A DNA stretch of 58,824 nt, the filler included, from Trypethelium eluteriae (taxonomy: Eukaryota), in NCBI GenBank assembly GCA_051942245.1. It is 3 parts of 3 records of this genome, joined end to end, with 100 filler letters (N's around TTAATTAATTAA, not from the genome) between each part and the next. Parts side by side here need not be neighbours in the genome. Positions count along the whole stretch, not along the records: positions 19,684 to 39,220 come from JAVECL010000524.1; positions 39,321 to 58,824 come from JAVECL010000525.1; 1 more part is not named here. One strand, given 5' to 3'. Of the stretch, positions 38,116 through 51,485 are shown in pieces. The notes below the pieces were generated by a model that had not been told where the DNA came from, ran no database searches, and saw only the letters and a list, made by a program, of their open reading frames with translations. How positions within the stretch are numbered: position 1 is the first letter of the stretch; every line of letters starts with the position of its first letter. A program made the translations under genes and the position numbers.

Positions 38116-38367
38116 ATGGCAGCTCAGGTTATCGACAAAGGCGAGATGTCAGATTGGGTCAACGGGCACAAAGTCGATTCTTCTAGCAATCCGAGTAATT
38201 GTCCTTGCGGCTGGTACATCTTCTACTCCAATGTCTGCGGCCACGTCTTCCAGGACTTCAAATTCACGTGTGGCCACAATGATTCTGTCACAGGCAGGGC
38301 TCGTTTTTGCAAAACTCCAGCTCCTCGGCACAACATGGAGGCCAAGATCAAAGACTCTTGTGCATAG
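38116..38367 (+). CDS. Small Cys/His-rich hypothetical protein (83 aa, no signal peptide)
   Basis: ATG in good context (GCAATGG); CPC...CGH...CGH...C...C pattern. Confidence 0.5.
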   Translation: MAAQVIDKGEMSDWVNGHKVDSSSNPSNCPCGWYIFYSNVCGHVFQDFKFTCGHNDSVTGRARFCKTPAPRHNMEAKIKDSCA

Positions 38368-39220
38368 ACGACGTCCGTCTGATATTCCCCTTGCCATAAG
38401 TCTGCTATCATAATTTTTCGCTTTCATCAAGTGATCTTTCTAACGACGCAGCAGAGTGGACACGACTCTCGTTGTATAGAGTGATGCCGAGCTTGATATA
38501 GTGTTGGGCTCGGAAGCTTTGGCAACGAGAGGCTATTCACAAATCAAGGTGAACCTGGTGATGGGATGCTATTGAGGGTTGATAAACTAGTTATTTTCTT
38601 ACGGAAATCCTCACTATACCGTGGTTTTATCACTCTTTTATGACAGCACCATCTTTCTTACACCAATCAGCCAGCTCTTGTAGTACGACATGACAGACTT
38701 TGAGGGTCAGTGAGCGCACTCTGAGGCTTAGTGATACTAGATTGCCGAAATCTTCGCCAGAGACCTTCTGGTTTCTTCTTTGTGTTAACTCGCCTTGTCA
38801 GCCTTTCCTAAATCATCTAGATACTTATCACCAGCTGATGCTTCCAAAACCTTCGACGGGACCCCTCCAGAATTATGGTATCAATCCACCAATTGCCCAA
38901 TTCCAAGATCTGTTAACTTGACCCTATCACGACCAAGCCATGCACATAACCGACCTTCGTGCTCCCCACTGTCGTGAGTAGAGCGGTCGATCGAGCTATT
39001 GTGATCGCTCATTCTTATTCTGATTATAATTTACAACCTTGCTTTTCCAAGTGACGGTATCTTACTGGAAGCAATACATGACCAACAGATTCACAATGAA
39101 GTTGACAAAGTGATGATACACGAAAAGCATCCTCCTCCTTCACTTCCGCCGCAATAATCACAAAGAAGCGTACAAAAAGCAACAAAGTACGACCTCAAGC
39201 CCCCTTCCACCCCAACCACC

Positions 39221-39320
39221 NNNNNNNNNNNNNNNNNNNNNNNNNNNNNNNNNNNNNNNNNNNNTTAATTAATTAANNNNNNNNNNNNNNNNNNNNNNNN
39301 NNNNNNNNNNNNNNNNNNNN
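39221..39320. other. Assembly gap with artificial six-frame stop linker
   Basis: 100-bp N block with TTAATTAATTAA at 39265-39276. Confidence 0.97.
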
Positions 39321-42300
39321 GTTGGAGAGGGTACGGGAGATGGCGCCGGGGGTGGAGAGAGTGGTGGAGGTGCTGGATTTGGGGGCGCGCTCAATTGACA
39401 TGTTGTCGTCGCGATAAGAAACCACGAAGCCTAGAGACTGGAGTAGACGGATAAGCTGCTCGTCTTGTGTGCACAGGTGATCTGCGAGTTCTTTGGCACG
39501 AGCAGTGCGCTGTTGGAGCTGTGCTTGAGTGACTCCGGTGGAGGTTTGCAGCCTGTGATGCTCGTTTTGTAGACTCGTCAATGCAACATCCAGACTATTT
39601 ATATGAGACCTGGCTTCGGTAAGCTCTGAGGAAAGACGGCCAGCCTTTACCTCTTCCTCCACGATCCGGTGCCGCAGGGCTTCAGAACCAGTTTCCCCGT
39701 CTGCGAACCTCGAGCGAAGGTCGTTGAGGTGATTGCGTGTTTCTTGAAGTTCAGCTGCCAACGAAGCTGCCCTTGCTTCATGAGCTCCTGATTCTTCGCG
39801 AAGAATTCTGATCTCGCTAACTTGCTCCGCGAGTTGGTTGCCAAGCGAGGCAAGTCTACTTTGATCTGACTTTGAGGCCGTCCGCAGTGCCTCGTTCTGG
39901 GATTGAGCTTCAGCCACAGCGCGTGAGAGATCCTGAAAATGATCGGCGGACCGGCGAGCTAAATTCTCGAGTGTCTTCACGGTTATAGTCTTGTTGTCAG
40001 TATTGACGCTTTGCGGGGCTAGGAATGAGAACGCTGCTTGCAAAGAAGGCTGTAACTCTGCTTCACGCTCATCACGTTCCCACAACTTCGCTTTCATCTC
40101 ATCGTATGCATTCTGTGCCGCTGTCTTCTCATCGCTTAGCCGCTGTAATTGCAGTTCCAGAGAAGCTGACTTTTCGCGCTCGTCATTCTGCTGGTTACGA
40201 AGCCCAGCAACATCCGCCTCGGCTTTTGCTGCCGCTTCAGCTGCCTGCCGCCTCAAAGAATGGAGTTCTGACTCCAGCGCACGAATCTTGCCGTCTGTAC
40301 CGACCTTTTCATTATCACGACTGCCAAGCAACCTCTCAAACTCGTCCTCGAGCTCTTCCATACGGATCTTATAGCGTCCTAGTTCGTCTTCCAGTAGACG
40401 TCGCTCGTCTGCAAATTCCCTCTGCTGAGCGTCCATATTCTCCATCAAATCTTGCTTAGTCGAGTTCGCTTCGTCCGTCTGAGCTCGCAGATTGTCCACT
40501 TGATTTCGAAGATCATCTCCCACATTTTGGTGATGATGAGCTTCCTTCTCAATGGCAGATCTTCGCTCCTTCTCGGCCATTAGTTCGCCCTCGAGACTCA
40601 CTATTCGACGGGCCAGAGCCTTCTCCTCGGCGTTTTGGTTGGATGAGAAACGCCGCGAGGAGACAGATGACCGCCTTGACATATTTTCGGGGAGCTTTGG
40701 AGACTGAGCTATTGGTGTCTGCTCTGGCGTAGAGGGTTCTTGGGAGGAAGCATGCTGTGGTTGGAAGCCAGACACGTTGGAGGAGAGACGACTCGTTTGG
40801 CTTTGACGATGGAGTAAGTCTTCGAGCTTCCGGACTCGACTCCTTTGGCTTTTCAATTCATCTTCAAGCTTCGAATTGGCATCTCGTAATACTCGCATTT
40901 CGTCCTCACCTCTTAACATTAAGGAATTAGAACCAAAAGCGGCTTCGTGCACGCTGCCATTCTTAAAATTCTTGGCTCGCTTGACTTGCTTCCTAGTGGG
41001 TCGGTCCAAATCCTGTATAGCTTGCACCAAGTCTTTTACAATAGCTTCAGACCCCTCGAAGCCATTCAGCAGCTTGATATATTGTTGGAGATCTTGCCGC
41101 GACACTGCCGGCCAGGTTTCTTCTTCTGCTTGCAGATTGATTTCAACCCCCAACGCTTTGCTGCTAAGAGCTTCAGGGCTGACGAGATCACCAATACCCT
41201 TCAACCACTTTTTGCGTCGTCGTTCTTCCTCTTCCTTGTAGCCTGCCATTTCTTCAGCCAGAGCCGATGAGTCCTTCTTCATTTTATCGACCCATTCATA
41301 GCGACGCACAGCCTCGATCAGAAGCGAGCCATATATGAAGGGCAAGCGCGAGACCAGTTCAAGTGTATTGAAAGCTTCGACAGCCTCGGGCGGAGCATTC
41401 AGATTAGAAAGCTGGGAATACGCATTGGCCAGCATCGATTCAATGGAAGTGATTGTTTGCATGTGACGCGTGGCATCAGCCATCGAATTATTCTTTTGCT
41501 CGGCAGCTCGGCGTATATGATCGCTCATTTCGACGCTGTGGTCTTCGAGAGCTGGTAAATAATTGCGGGTGTGAAGAAGAGCCATTTTGGACGCCTGACC
41601 AACCGACTTTGGCGAGGGATCAAGTCCGGCAACATGATCGCAATCGGACGCAACTTTCTTTGCGACAAGTTGTACTTCTTCAAACAGGCGGGAGGATGTT
41701 TGACTGTCATCGAGCGGAGATCGCTGCTGCATTTTCTCGACAGATATGAAGAGTTCGGCACTTTCTGCTTGTATCGTATTGACCAAATTTCCCATTTTCT
41801 CCACTTCGTCTCCGAAGCCTTGGCTCGTCGAGTGAGCAAGACTTGCTGCATCAACGATCTCCTCGGGATCTACAAAGGACTGCAACGTGATGCCCGTACT
41901 TGACGACCTCCGACGCGACTGTTGAGAATCCTTCAAAGCCAAAAGGCCCAAGAACTCAGCCTTCGCGGGAATAGTACCCAGTCGATTCAGATCGGCTTCC
42001 CAAGTGTCTATATATTGTTCTTGATCCTTGACCACCTCTTCATAGAAAGCACTTGCTTCTGCGTGCTTACTTTCAGCGTTCCGTATATGCGACTGAAGGC
42101 TGAGAGCAGCTACAGCAAGTCCCCGCTCCACAATACTCGTCCCCTCTAGGTATTTGAGTGAGTCATTTGACATCAACGAGCACTTCTGCACAATGGTCGA
42201 TGCCCAATCGCGCCGTGCCTTGAACAGCTTTTGCCATGACTGGATATCATTTTGGTTCGTGATAGTATCTGGAGGAGCTTGTGGTACAAAACGGGCAGGT

Positions 42301-42624
42301 ATGGAAGCTTCGGGAACATTGGACCTCGAGAAATCCTTGTTGGAAGGGGAGGAAAGGAGGGCGCGATCAAAGACAAATATCTCTTTCTATTGCAGGCATC
42401 AGTTTACTTGGTTCTGGTATGTGGAATTTTGGGGGAAGACTTACTTCATTAACGAGTGCTTGCTGGCGTATATGCTTTCCCCTAGCTGTCAAGAGAATTT
42501 GAGCTTGGGTGGATACACCAATCGCCTTGGCGACCCAGCTCTTAAATGCATCCAATGACGGGAAAGAGTTTGGGTCGGTGGTGATACGCTCACCCGTATG
42601 GGCTGCGAGAACCTGTAACGACAT
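39321..42624 (-). CDS. atg11: Autophagy scaffold Atg11 (Taz1-interacting factor 1-like), 3' end lost in gap
   Basis: Exons 42624-42445 and 42386-gap. Characteristic MSLQVLAAHTGE, ILLTARGK, LLHTRNYLP, YGSLLIEAVRR, SRVRKLEDLLHRQ and long coiled coils. Confidence 0.9.
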
Positions 42625-42965
42625 CCGCTCCTCCTCTTCGTATGAAAGAGTGCTTGCTGAAGCGCATGAAGGGGAAAGAGGAGGAGGGTAAGGTAAGTTA
42701 TATCCTGGCGACGGGTGACTGAGCAGTCCTGTGATCCAATCCGAACCTGTACCTAATGATGAGGCACCGAGCGGCAGAATACCTGTGGCTTAAGCTCCGA
42801 AACACCGCTTTTGTGCGCCACAAACAGTTACATCAGTTCCAGGCACGCCAGGGTGGCACGGGCGGGCCCAGACGCGTACCATGAGAGGTGAATACCTCAT
42901 TAAGGGGATTTTGCGCGTGACATTTCAGATTCGCACATGATAGAAACATTTCCAGCTCGGCCAAT

Positions 42966-43788
42966 ATGTCAAAGGAATCGATAGATACTATTCTGCGTGA
43001 AATTAGAGAGCTATATTCCATCGACAGTCAGCAGCTTTCCACCCGCGAGCAGAACATACTGGGTCTCTACAATGAACAAGCCGAATTGGAGCTCGAGACA
43101 GCCTTATTGAATGCACAAGATGATTGTGGGTTCTCTGAATATATATGGTCATTTTGATGTGCTCTGTTGACAGCTCTAGTATCCGATGAACATATCCCTG
43201 AAGCAGAACTACAAGAGTATTTGCGAATTGCGGAGCGAGACGTGACCAAAGCTCGAGCATCGTACACATTACGTAACAAGATAATTCGAGACATCTTGAT
43301 CACTGATCCCATTCTGAAAGCTGTTCATGCTGGCTCCAATGCAACGCAAGTGGAGAGGTATAGGTCTCCACTGGGCACTGGTAGACTTCCATTTCTAAAG
43401 GCAAAATAGGAACCTTCTCCCGCTCGTGAATGCTCGAGACAGTCTTTCTATGCTGCAGAGCCAACTCGTCACTGAGCTCAGGGAGACGCATACGAAGCTT
43501 TCTGAAACGGAGCGAGCCAACTTGGTTGCGGTTCAAAAAAATAGGGAGTTCACCCAGGAACTCATGGGTCTTGTTGAGGAGACCAAACCGAAGGCTACAA
43601 ACGAGGTTGGGGATCCAGGGGCCCGGGCCCAACTCGCGAGTTTAGAGCGTGACATCAAGCCCCTCAAACAGAAATGGCGTGTCTTGAAGGGCTTATTAGC
43701 TGGCGCGATTGTTGGTAGTGGGGTCGACTGGGCAAGAGATCCTGTGCTGCAAGATCTGGTCTTGGATGATGAGGATGAGACGGTCTGA
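42966..43788 (+). CDS. Centromere protein H (CENP-H/Fta3/Mcm16-like)
   Basis: Exons 42966-43125, 43174-43357, 43410-43788; coiled coil ending GAIVGSGVDWARDPVLQDLVLD, the CENP-H C-terminal signature. Confidence 0.85.
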
Positions 43789-45507
43789 ACGTAGCCAGGT
43801 GGATGGGAGGCTCTCTGTCGCGACACTACTAAAGACCTCAAATCTTAGGGGTGACGGTTCCGAATGTCACGGCAGCGTAAGCTGAGCAATGCAAGAGAGC
43901 GCCAAACCGGCCAAGCGGAAGAGTTGGATTTCGGGGGACGTGGTCAGCAAGCGCAAAGAGAATTAGAGGCTGTGCAGTCATCGAGAGTGTACATGGGGAT
44001 ACTCTTGGCCGTCTGCGGACTGCGCGCTGAGTGAATGGAAACTATAACAGGTATCAGTACCAACAAGCGCTACTACAGCCTTCGAGCTTGTCGCCGACAT
44101 CCTTTTCGAAACGAGAAGGAGGGCGACTGCGCGAAAGTTTCGACTGGTTTGTCTTGAGAGTATGGAGCGTATCGAAATCTTGCGAGGAAATGAGACACTT
44201 GCTGAGATATTTGTCGGGGCTACTACGGAAAGGTCACAGTTCTGACATAGTTGCCTTAAAGGAAATAGGTAGCGCTGTCGTGTTCTTATAAGTGAGTGAT
44301 AGATACAAACCTAACAGTTTGATTACATGCATCTGAAGGACAGTCGCTCAAACACGTGACATAAAATGAATGCAGGTGATAGTGGGTCTTATGCAGAATG
44401 GATGTTGTGCAGTGAAAGCTTGGCATCGGTATGGCTTGTACGATTTTGACTTGCTGTGCGTTTGAGATGGATTCAATTTCTATGATTCGGCTGTACAATG
44501 TACACCTGGTTCATTCTGACCTAACCGACAGATTGCATGGCGCCTCACACGTGTGCCGTTGGACGGGATGGCCGGCACTTGATGTGGGAAAACGGAAAGA
44601 GCCACTTCGTGAGGCCGGGATCGAGCCACGGGCATGATTCCGAAGTGATAAGAGGTGTTCAGCCAACTCATGGAGAAAATCGGGGAGTCGGAGAATCGGA
44701 AGGTGCAGATGATAGCAAGCCAAGTCGAACGACATTCCAAGGAGTTGCAGTGTTGCGGTTTTGGCAGGCAGGCTGACGTCTTTTGTTGTGGTCTGGCTGA
44801 AGCCCCGTGCGCCTGATCGCGCTAGAGGTGGAGAGGGTCGCAGCTCACCAAAATACAGGGCAGCGCCCGCGCCCACCCAAACTGCCCTCATACATTCTCT
44901 CACCTACTACTGAGTCGCCGCGCTGTGCCCTCAGACTGAGAGTACGCCCATACAAACGGTCAGTCGGCACTTTATTGGCCTCTATACAGACCTCCCTTTG
45001 ACGCGCTTTTCATTAATACCCACAACGCACGCGTTTTCTACCAATTTGCAATCCGCCTGCTTCCATCATGCTCTTTCTTGTCCATTCTCATGTCCTGACT
45101 TCATTTGCGCTCAGCGACTTCTATCTCATCGTCGCGTTTGTCTTCCTTGCTAACGCGACTTGATCCAGACAACCAACTGCAATTGTATTCGCACGCTGCT
45201 TTCTAGCAGGTCTGCAATCTTCCGACTACATTTGGTAAGTTCAAATTCAGCCAAAACACTCGTTTTGCAATTGAGATTCTGCCGGGCGCAATCTTGCTTG
45301 CACGATCACCACTGCGGACTCGAGCCGTTTCCCCACCATACAGTACTCAAGATCATCTCTCCTTCACATATCCTCACCCACAACCTTTTTCTCTTGTCGC
45401 TGCGATTTTCGTTGAGCAACTTTCACCAATGGCGCTCAGATGAAGTGATCAACTAATCAGCCACTTGCTATTTTAGTCGACAATCAAGTTCCCAGACTTA
45501 ATTCAAC

Positions 45508-46013
45508 ATGCCTAAGGAGACCAAGACCCGTAAAGCTAAGGCTGACAAGGTTGGCGGTAAGAAGAAGAAGGGTATGTTACTTGAGGCGTCTCCTCTCCAT
45601 CTGCAGCAACTAACCTCTTGACTAGACCCAGCTGCCCCCAAGCGCGGGCTTTCCGCCTACATGTTTTTCGCCAATGAGAACCGTGAGAAAGTTCGTGATG
45701 AGAACCCTGGTATCAAATTCGGTACGTCTGATAATGCTACTCTTACTGGATCGCGGAGATTTTTTTAACTTGATTTGTAATTCTTAGGCGAGGTCGGCAA
45801 GATCCTGGGTGAGAAGTGGAAGGGTCTCTCCGAGAAGCAGCGCGCTCCCTACGAGGCGAAGGCTGCAGCCGACAAGAAGCGATACGAGGAGGAAAAGGCT
45901 GCTTACGCCGGTGTAAGTTTTCTGGGCTCGCTGCCGCTTGTTTTTGAACTGTTTGCTAACCTTGTTCCCAGGGGGCTGCTGCTGCTGATGATGAAGATGA
46001 GGACGATGACTAG
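45508..46013 (+). CDS. nhp6: Non-histone chromosomal protein 6 (HMG box)
   Basis: Exons 45508-45571, 45626-45721, 45788-45912, 45972-46013 give [48 protein letters not shown]. Missed by the ORF track because the exons are short. Confidence 0.95.
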
Positions 46014-46582
46014 GCTCCAGCACCACTTGCGTCTTCAACTTCTGGGCGTTGACTATAACGTCCTGACTGACTGCTTTTCCTTTGTTAACTTTGCTCAATG
46101 ATATGGTGCGGTCGTGGTCTCGGTGCTCTTCGGTCGGGGAGAATGGTCCGGGGATGGATTTTCTCAAACCTCGACGAATGGGGCGGGAACTCTTGTGCTC
46201 AATCTAGCTTGATCGCAGTGATCCCATGAGGAGTCTTCCCGTCGCGGAATACACTTCTCATCTCCACCTGTATACTAGCTATTTAAGGAGCATAGCCCTA
46301 TTCTCGAAGATTCAAGCTGGCTTCTTTTATCCCCTGTGATAAGTCAATGTTAGTCGACACGGATCCGAAGCCTTAGCTCCACGGGATCTCTACATCTCGG
46401 CGGCTTTCGATCACATAAAGTAGGCACAGAAACACCAGGTGGAAATGATTGGAATGAATTTCTTCCTGCGCGGTTAACACAAGCTTGCGCTATCTCCAAT
46501 TTCATCGGTAAGAACTCCAAAGTCACGCCAAAACGCTGTTAAACGCCGTCGCTACTTGCTGAGGTCCTCGCTCTTAAGACAC

Positions 46583-47193
46583 CTACTCACGCTGGAATAT
46601 CACAGTCAATCCCATGATTCCAAGCAAGACGGTCTTCAACCACGGATACTCGCTCAGCAAAATCGTGACGTAGCCCACAAATGGCACAAAGCCAACTACG
46701 CTCCCAATGACGTCCTGAGCACGGTTCAAGTAGTCCTGGCCAGCCGCGTAGAGCTCAGTGTCATCGGCTGCATTGTTATCGCCCTTCGTAAGAAGCTGCA
46801 ACGGCTTGAGTCTACCAGAATTTGAGGCGATCAGCATCTCTATGCGGACAAACTGAATCAATGTCCGGATAACAAGAATTCAACTCACCCTCCACCAAAC
46901 CGCCTCACAACCCGATGCACAATTGGAATATCCTTTCCATTAACATTGTATACCACCACCTCTCCTATCTTCGTATCCTTCCACCGGTTCCACAGGAACA
47001 GCAGATCGCCTCGTTGAAATGCTGGCTCCATACTGCCGGAGAGCACCACCACGATGGGTGAAGGAGAGTCGGTAAGCACCGAGAGGGCCTTCCAGAGCAT
47101 GAAGGCGGTGGACAGGACGAGGGCGAAGTTGAGAGCTTGCGAGAGGAGCTGTCGAGGCGGGGCGGAGGCGAGGGGCCCGAGGAGGGAGCTCAT
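46583..47193 (-). CDS. sec11: Signal peptidase complex catalytic subunit Sec11
   Basis: Exons 47193-46889 and 46811-46583; [38 protein letters not shown]. Confidence 0.96.
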
Positions 47194-47982
47194 GGTGGAA
47201 GATGTGTTGGTAGAAGATGGGTTGTATTCAGGGCGTTAGGAGGTAAGTTTGATCAAGCACAGAGAGATTCACTAAGTGGTTTGGAAGGACGAACGCCCTA
47301 AGGAGATTTCCGAGTGTCGAAAAATATCACACTCTGTAAATTTGTAACTTCCCTTCCCGCGTACACAATGGCATTGGGGTCGAGACGTGGTAAAACAAAG
47401 CTGAGGCCAGATGCGAGTTGAGGCATCCACTTGTTGCGATCGGCGAAATAGTTGGCCAATACTCGGGCTGTTCCGCACGACCGTCCCAGGAATTAAAGTA
47501 GATGAGGCGTACCCCATAGCCCACCCTGGCACTGCGGTAGGAGAAGCGCTAGACTTGGTGATAGAAACCGCGCTAGCATATGTGAGGCTTGTCTTTTAAA
47601 ACATGATCGCTGATGAGGCTTTAACATGTTCGAACACCCTCGCGATATTTGCAACATTGTGAACAAGAGCCAAGCAAAACAAGTATATTCTAAGCCATCA
47701 GCGACAATCTATCTGTGAACCTCAACCCCGAGTGCGTACGAACCTTGCGTACGGAGTACCGCCGACGTATATGCCAACGCAATAGGATGCCAGCAACATC
47801 GATGTTCCCCTTGCTCATTAATCTCAGCCTTCTCAACACGGGAGATGAACCGTCTCTTCTCTCCAATATAAAAGACATCGGAAGCTTCCAGTCAGAGCTG
47901 CGCATGCTTTCGCAACTAGACTTTTGCAGCGCTTCTCCTGATATCTGTCACGTCTGTAACCTTCTCAGCTCTCAACTTCAGA

Positions 47983-50900
47983 ATGGCCCACGTGAACGTA
48001 CCGAAGATGCCGACGTGGACGCCATTACACCAGGCTGTCCAAGCTCGAGGTCTGAGTAGGCTTCAAACCCTCTTACAAGCTGGACATGATCTACTAGACT
48101 TGGGCGATTATAACAATGACACACCCCTACACCTCGCCGCCGCGGCTGAATTTGCACGTGCACGCATATTCCTATCGCAAGAACGTGTAACTGAATCCAT
48201 AGTCCGATTGCTCCTCGAGAACGGGGCTAAGCCAGACTTAGTCAATGATAGAGGGCAGATACCCCTACATCTCGCTGTTGCCGCCGGAAATCTATCGATG
48301 GTCCGCTTACTCCTCGAGCCTCGAGTTGAAGGAGTTTGGCCGCCTGTAAAGAAGGAACCCGAGATGCTAGTCGACTGGACTGATAATTACGGACGGACAC
48401 CATTGCACCTGGCTTCCGCGCAAGAATATGGAGAATTAATGATCAAAATGCTTCTTGAGAATGGGGCCAAGGGGTCGATAGCTATGCTCGATGGAGATCA
48501 AAGAACACCGTTGCACTTAGCTTCCGCGGGCGATCAGAATACTTCTCAAGAATGGAGCGAAGGAAATGATGTATCTCTTGGATAAGGACAGAAGAACACC
48601 ATTACACTTGGCTTCTGGGAGCGGAGGCACTGAAGCAGTCAAAATACTTCTTGAGTACGGGGCAAAAGAATCAATCAACTTTGTCGATAAAAACCAGACA
48701 ACACCATTACATTTAGCTTCTGAGACCAGACGCACTGAAACAGTCAGAATACTTCTCGAGAATGGGGCGAAGGAGTCAATCAACCTTGTCGACCAAAACC
48801 AGAGAACACCATTACACTTAGCTTCCGCGTATGGAGGAAACGAAATTATTAGAATACTTCTAAAGAATGGAGCCGAGGAGTCAATAACTATGCTTGATAG
48901 GGATCGAAAACCCCCGTTACACTTCGCTTCCGTGAGGGAAGACACTGAAGCAATCAGGATACTTCTTGAGAATTGGGCGAAAGAGTCGATCAACCTTGTC
49001 GACAAAGACCACAGAACACCATTACACCTGGCTTCTGCGTATGGATCACTCGGAACCGTAGATGCGATCATCGGAGGTAGCGACAAGGGACTCATTAAGA
49101 AAGTCATCAATTCAGTCGACAAAGACCGCAGAACACCCTTACATTTCGCTGCTATGCATGGAGATTTCTGGAAAGTCCAGAAATTGCTAGAGAATGGAGC
49201 TGAGGAGTCCCTCAACTCAGTTGACATCGATGGTCGGACGGTGCTGGACTATGCTCGAAAAAACAAGGACGAGCGGATGATCGAACTGCTGGAGACGCAG
49301 GCAAAGCCTGAAGTCAGTAGTGGAGAAGGAATTGGAAGCTTTCGCGATCAACTGCTTTCTGTCGGCCATTCTCTCAGCCCGGATTCTCATACCAATAACT
49401 ACGAAATACAGTTGAAGGTCGAATGGGAAGTACCAAAAGCGATGGAAGAGTACAGAAAGGGAATCCACTTCTCGTCGATACTAACGCTTAGTGGCAACGC
49501 CATTGATGCACAGGCAGCTACCTGTGAAGATTATCTGAAAGAATACTTCGAAGCTGGATCGGATTTGTTGCTTGCTCTCCAAGCCGGATGGACTTCAGAG
49601 ACAATGAATGATACGAGTGAGCCCGGAAGTAGTCTGAGTGGTCATTACGTAGAGCTTCGACTGGACAGGCCAAACCGAAAAGAGGCGACTCTAATTGCGT
49701 TCGGGACATTAGATGTCCTCACAGAAGTAGCATGCGCATTTGCGTGGTTCTGCTGTGCCGTACGACCAGCTCGCCCAGACCGCATCGACTTCTCTACTTT
49801 CCAATTTGTTCTCAAACCCCGTCAAAACAATCCATCTTGTATTGAAGTTGACCTGAACCTTCGGCCTTTACGCCATATCGATGAACGTAGTTGCTGGCAT
49901 GACTTGTTTAAAAAGGCAATTATCGTTTTGGATGGTCCTGTTTCCGATCGAACTCAATTTAGGAGTGGTAAGTTTCACGTTCTACATTCTCAGGGGACCC
50001 AACAAAGATTTCGCTAGTTATACTCTTGATCGTCTGCAAAGCAGTCTTTAGAGGCTTCATAAGGTCGAAGATAGCCAATCCATTGCCTTCGCAACAAAAA
50101 TCTTACTAGGGACCTCCCTGACTGTGCGGAGCAAAACGATCAAATGTACTGACAAATAATTCTCAGGTCTTTCTGTGCCGAGGGGTCTCGATATCCCATT
50201 TGACATTATGGTCAATCTAGCTGATGTCGATTACCCTTTTGAATATGAAAGAGGGATGATTTTGAAAGGCTTCTATACTCTATTAGTGGTTACCTCAAAA
50301 TGGATAAGTACCTCCGAATCTGCATTCCAGTGGCACTTTATTCATTCAAAAAAACCAATTTCACTTTCAGATTATACTGACGCAGAAGAATACCACGTAT
50401 GGGAGGAAAAAGAAGAGCCCCGCCCAGAACTTGAGACTGTCCAAAAAGCTACCCGTACATTTCTTGGTTGGAACGAGATCTATCAGTTCAAGTCAAGCGT
50501 TGTGAATGATACACAACCTACCGTTACCACACTAGGCAGAGCGGGTACGCATTTTGTATTCAAGAGCATCACGCCTAGCATTGGTTTTACTGCTGGCAAG
50601 GCACCTCCAACTGGCACATTGGGTACAACGGCGACCTTTGAGCTCCAGTCCGATAGTCGGACATATCGAAGAATGCCCAAATTTTTGGATACGATAGCTG
50701 AGTCTGTTAAAAAATCCACGATTCTATATGCGCCTGAAGAGAAACGTGGATGGTTGATCCCTCAACTCTTGATATTAACATACATGGCTCAAGTATACGG
50801 TAAAGATAGATCGCTCGACCCAAGGCCTCCTGAAGCGATTGAGAATTTAGAAAAAAAAATTTGGATTCTCAGGCAGAATCCTGAGCGGAAATTCTTTTAC

Positions 50901-51485
50901 AAGATTCAAAGCGGCAAAATCAACGAGAAAGTTGAGGAGACCTGGGGAGAATTGTTGTGTAAGCTTGCTCAAACACTTGAGTGGGCCGAGGAGCATGCTC
51001 GACGTCAGCATAGAAGGATTCTCGGCCGAGATAGGATATATGGGTTTGAATTCTTTGAACTGGCTACAGTCCAAAAAGATTATTTTATCAGGAAGTGTTC
51101 AATTGAACGCTCGAATGGCGGTTGGGTACGACTGCTCGACGAGGAAGCAGTCAAAAGTGTTGTCTTCTGCAAAGGTCTCGGAGATGTGCTCAATATTGGG
51201 TTGGGAAGGTGCCATCATTGCTCCGTTATCCCGAAAGGACTTTCTTGTCTGGCAGCTGTAGTTTCGTGTCTACAAGATCTTAAGAAATATGGTAGAATTC
51301 CTGGAGGAGGATTTTGGAAGTTTCAAGATAAAGCCTTCAGGGCATGCTACGAATGCTCCTCCTATGGACATCGCCTACAAGTCATGGATAACAAGTTATC
51401 TTCAACAATCAGCTCCGAAAGGAACGGAAAGGGCGTCGTGGTGTTTGGCAAACCATCTCAAAAAGGATACTCTACGATTGCATAG
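47983..51485 (+). pseudogene. Tandem ankyrin-repeat protein with uncharacterised fungal C-terminal domain, frameshifted at ~48530
   Basis: ORFs 47983-48585 and 48566-50017 are both ankyrin arrays in different frames; intron 49968-50166 joins ORF 50175-51485 in frame. One repeat unit is 91 bp instead of 105 bp. Confidence 0.75.
48490..49120 (+). repeat. 105-bp (35-aa) tandem ankyrin repeat array with high internal nucleotide similarity
   Basis: Units start at 48490, 48581, 48686, 48791, 48896, 49001 with recurring AGAACACCATTACACTT-GCTTC and ATACTTCT-GAGAATGG. Confidence 0.88.

Noticed and set aside
48490..49120. Regular repeats as a CRISPR-like array
   Set aside because: The 105-bp period is coding (35-aa ankyrin units) in a eukaryotic gene, with no unique spacers.
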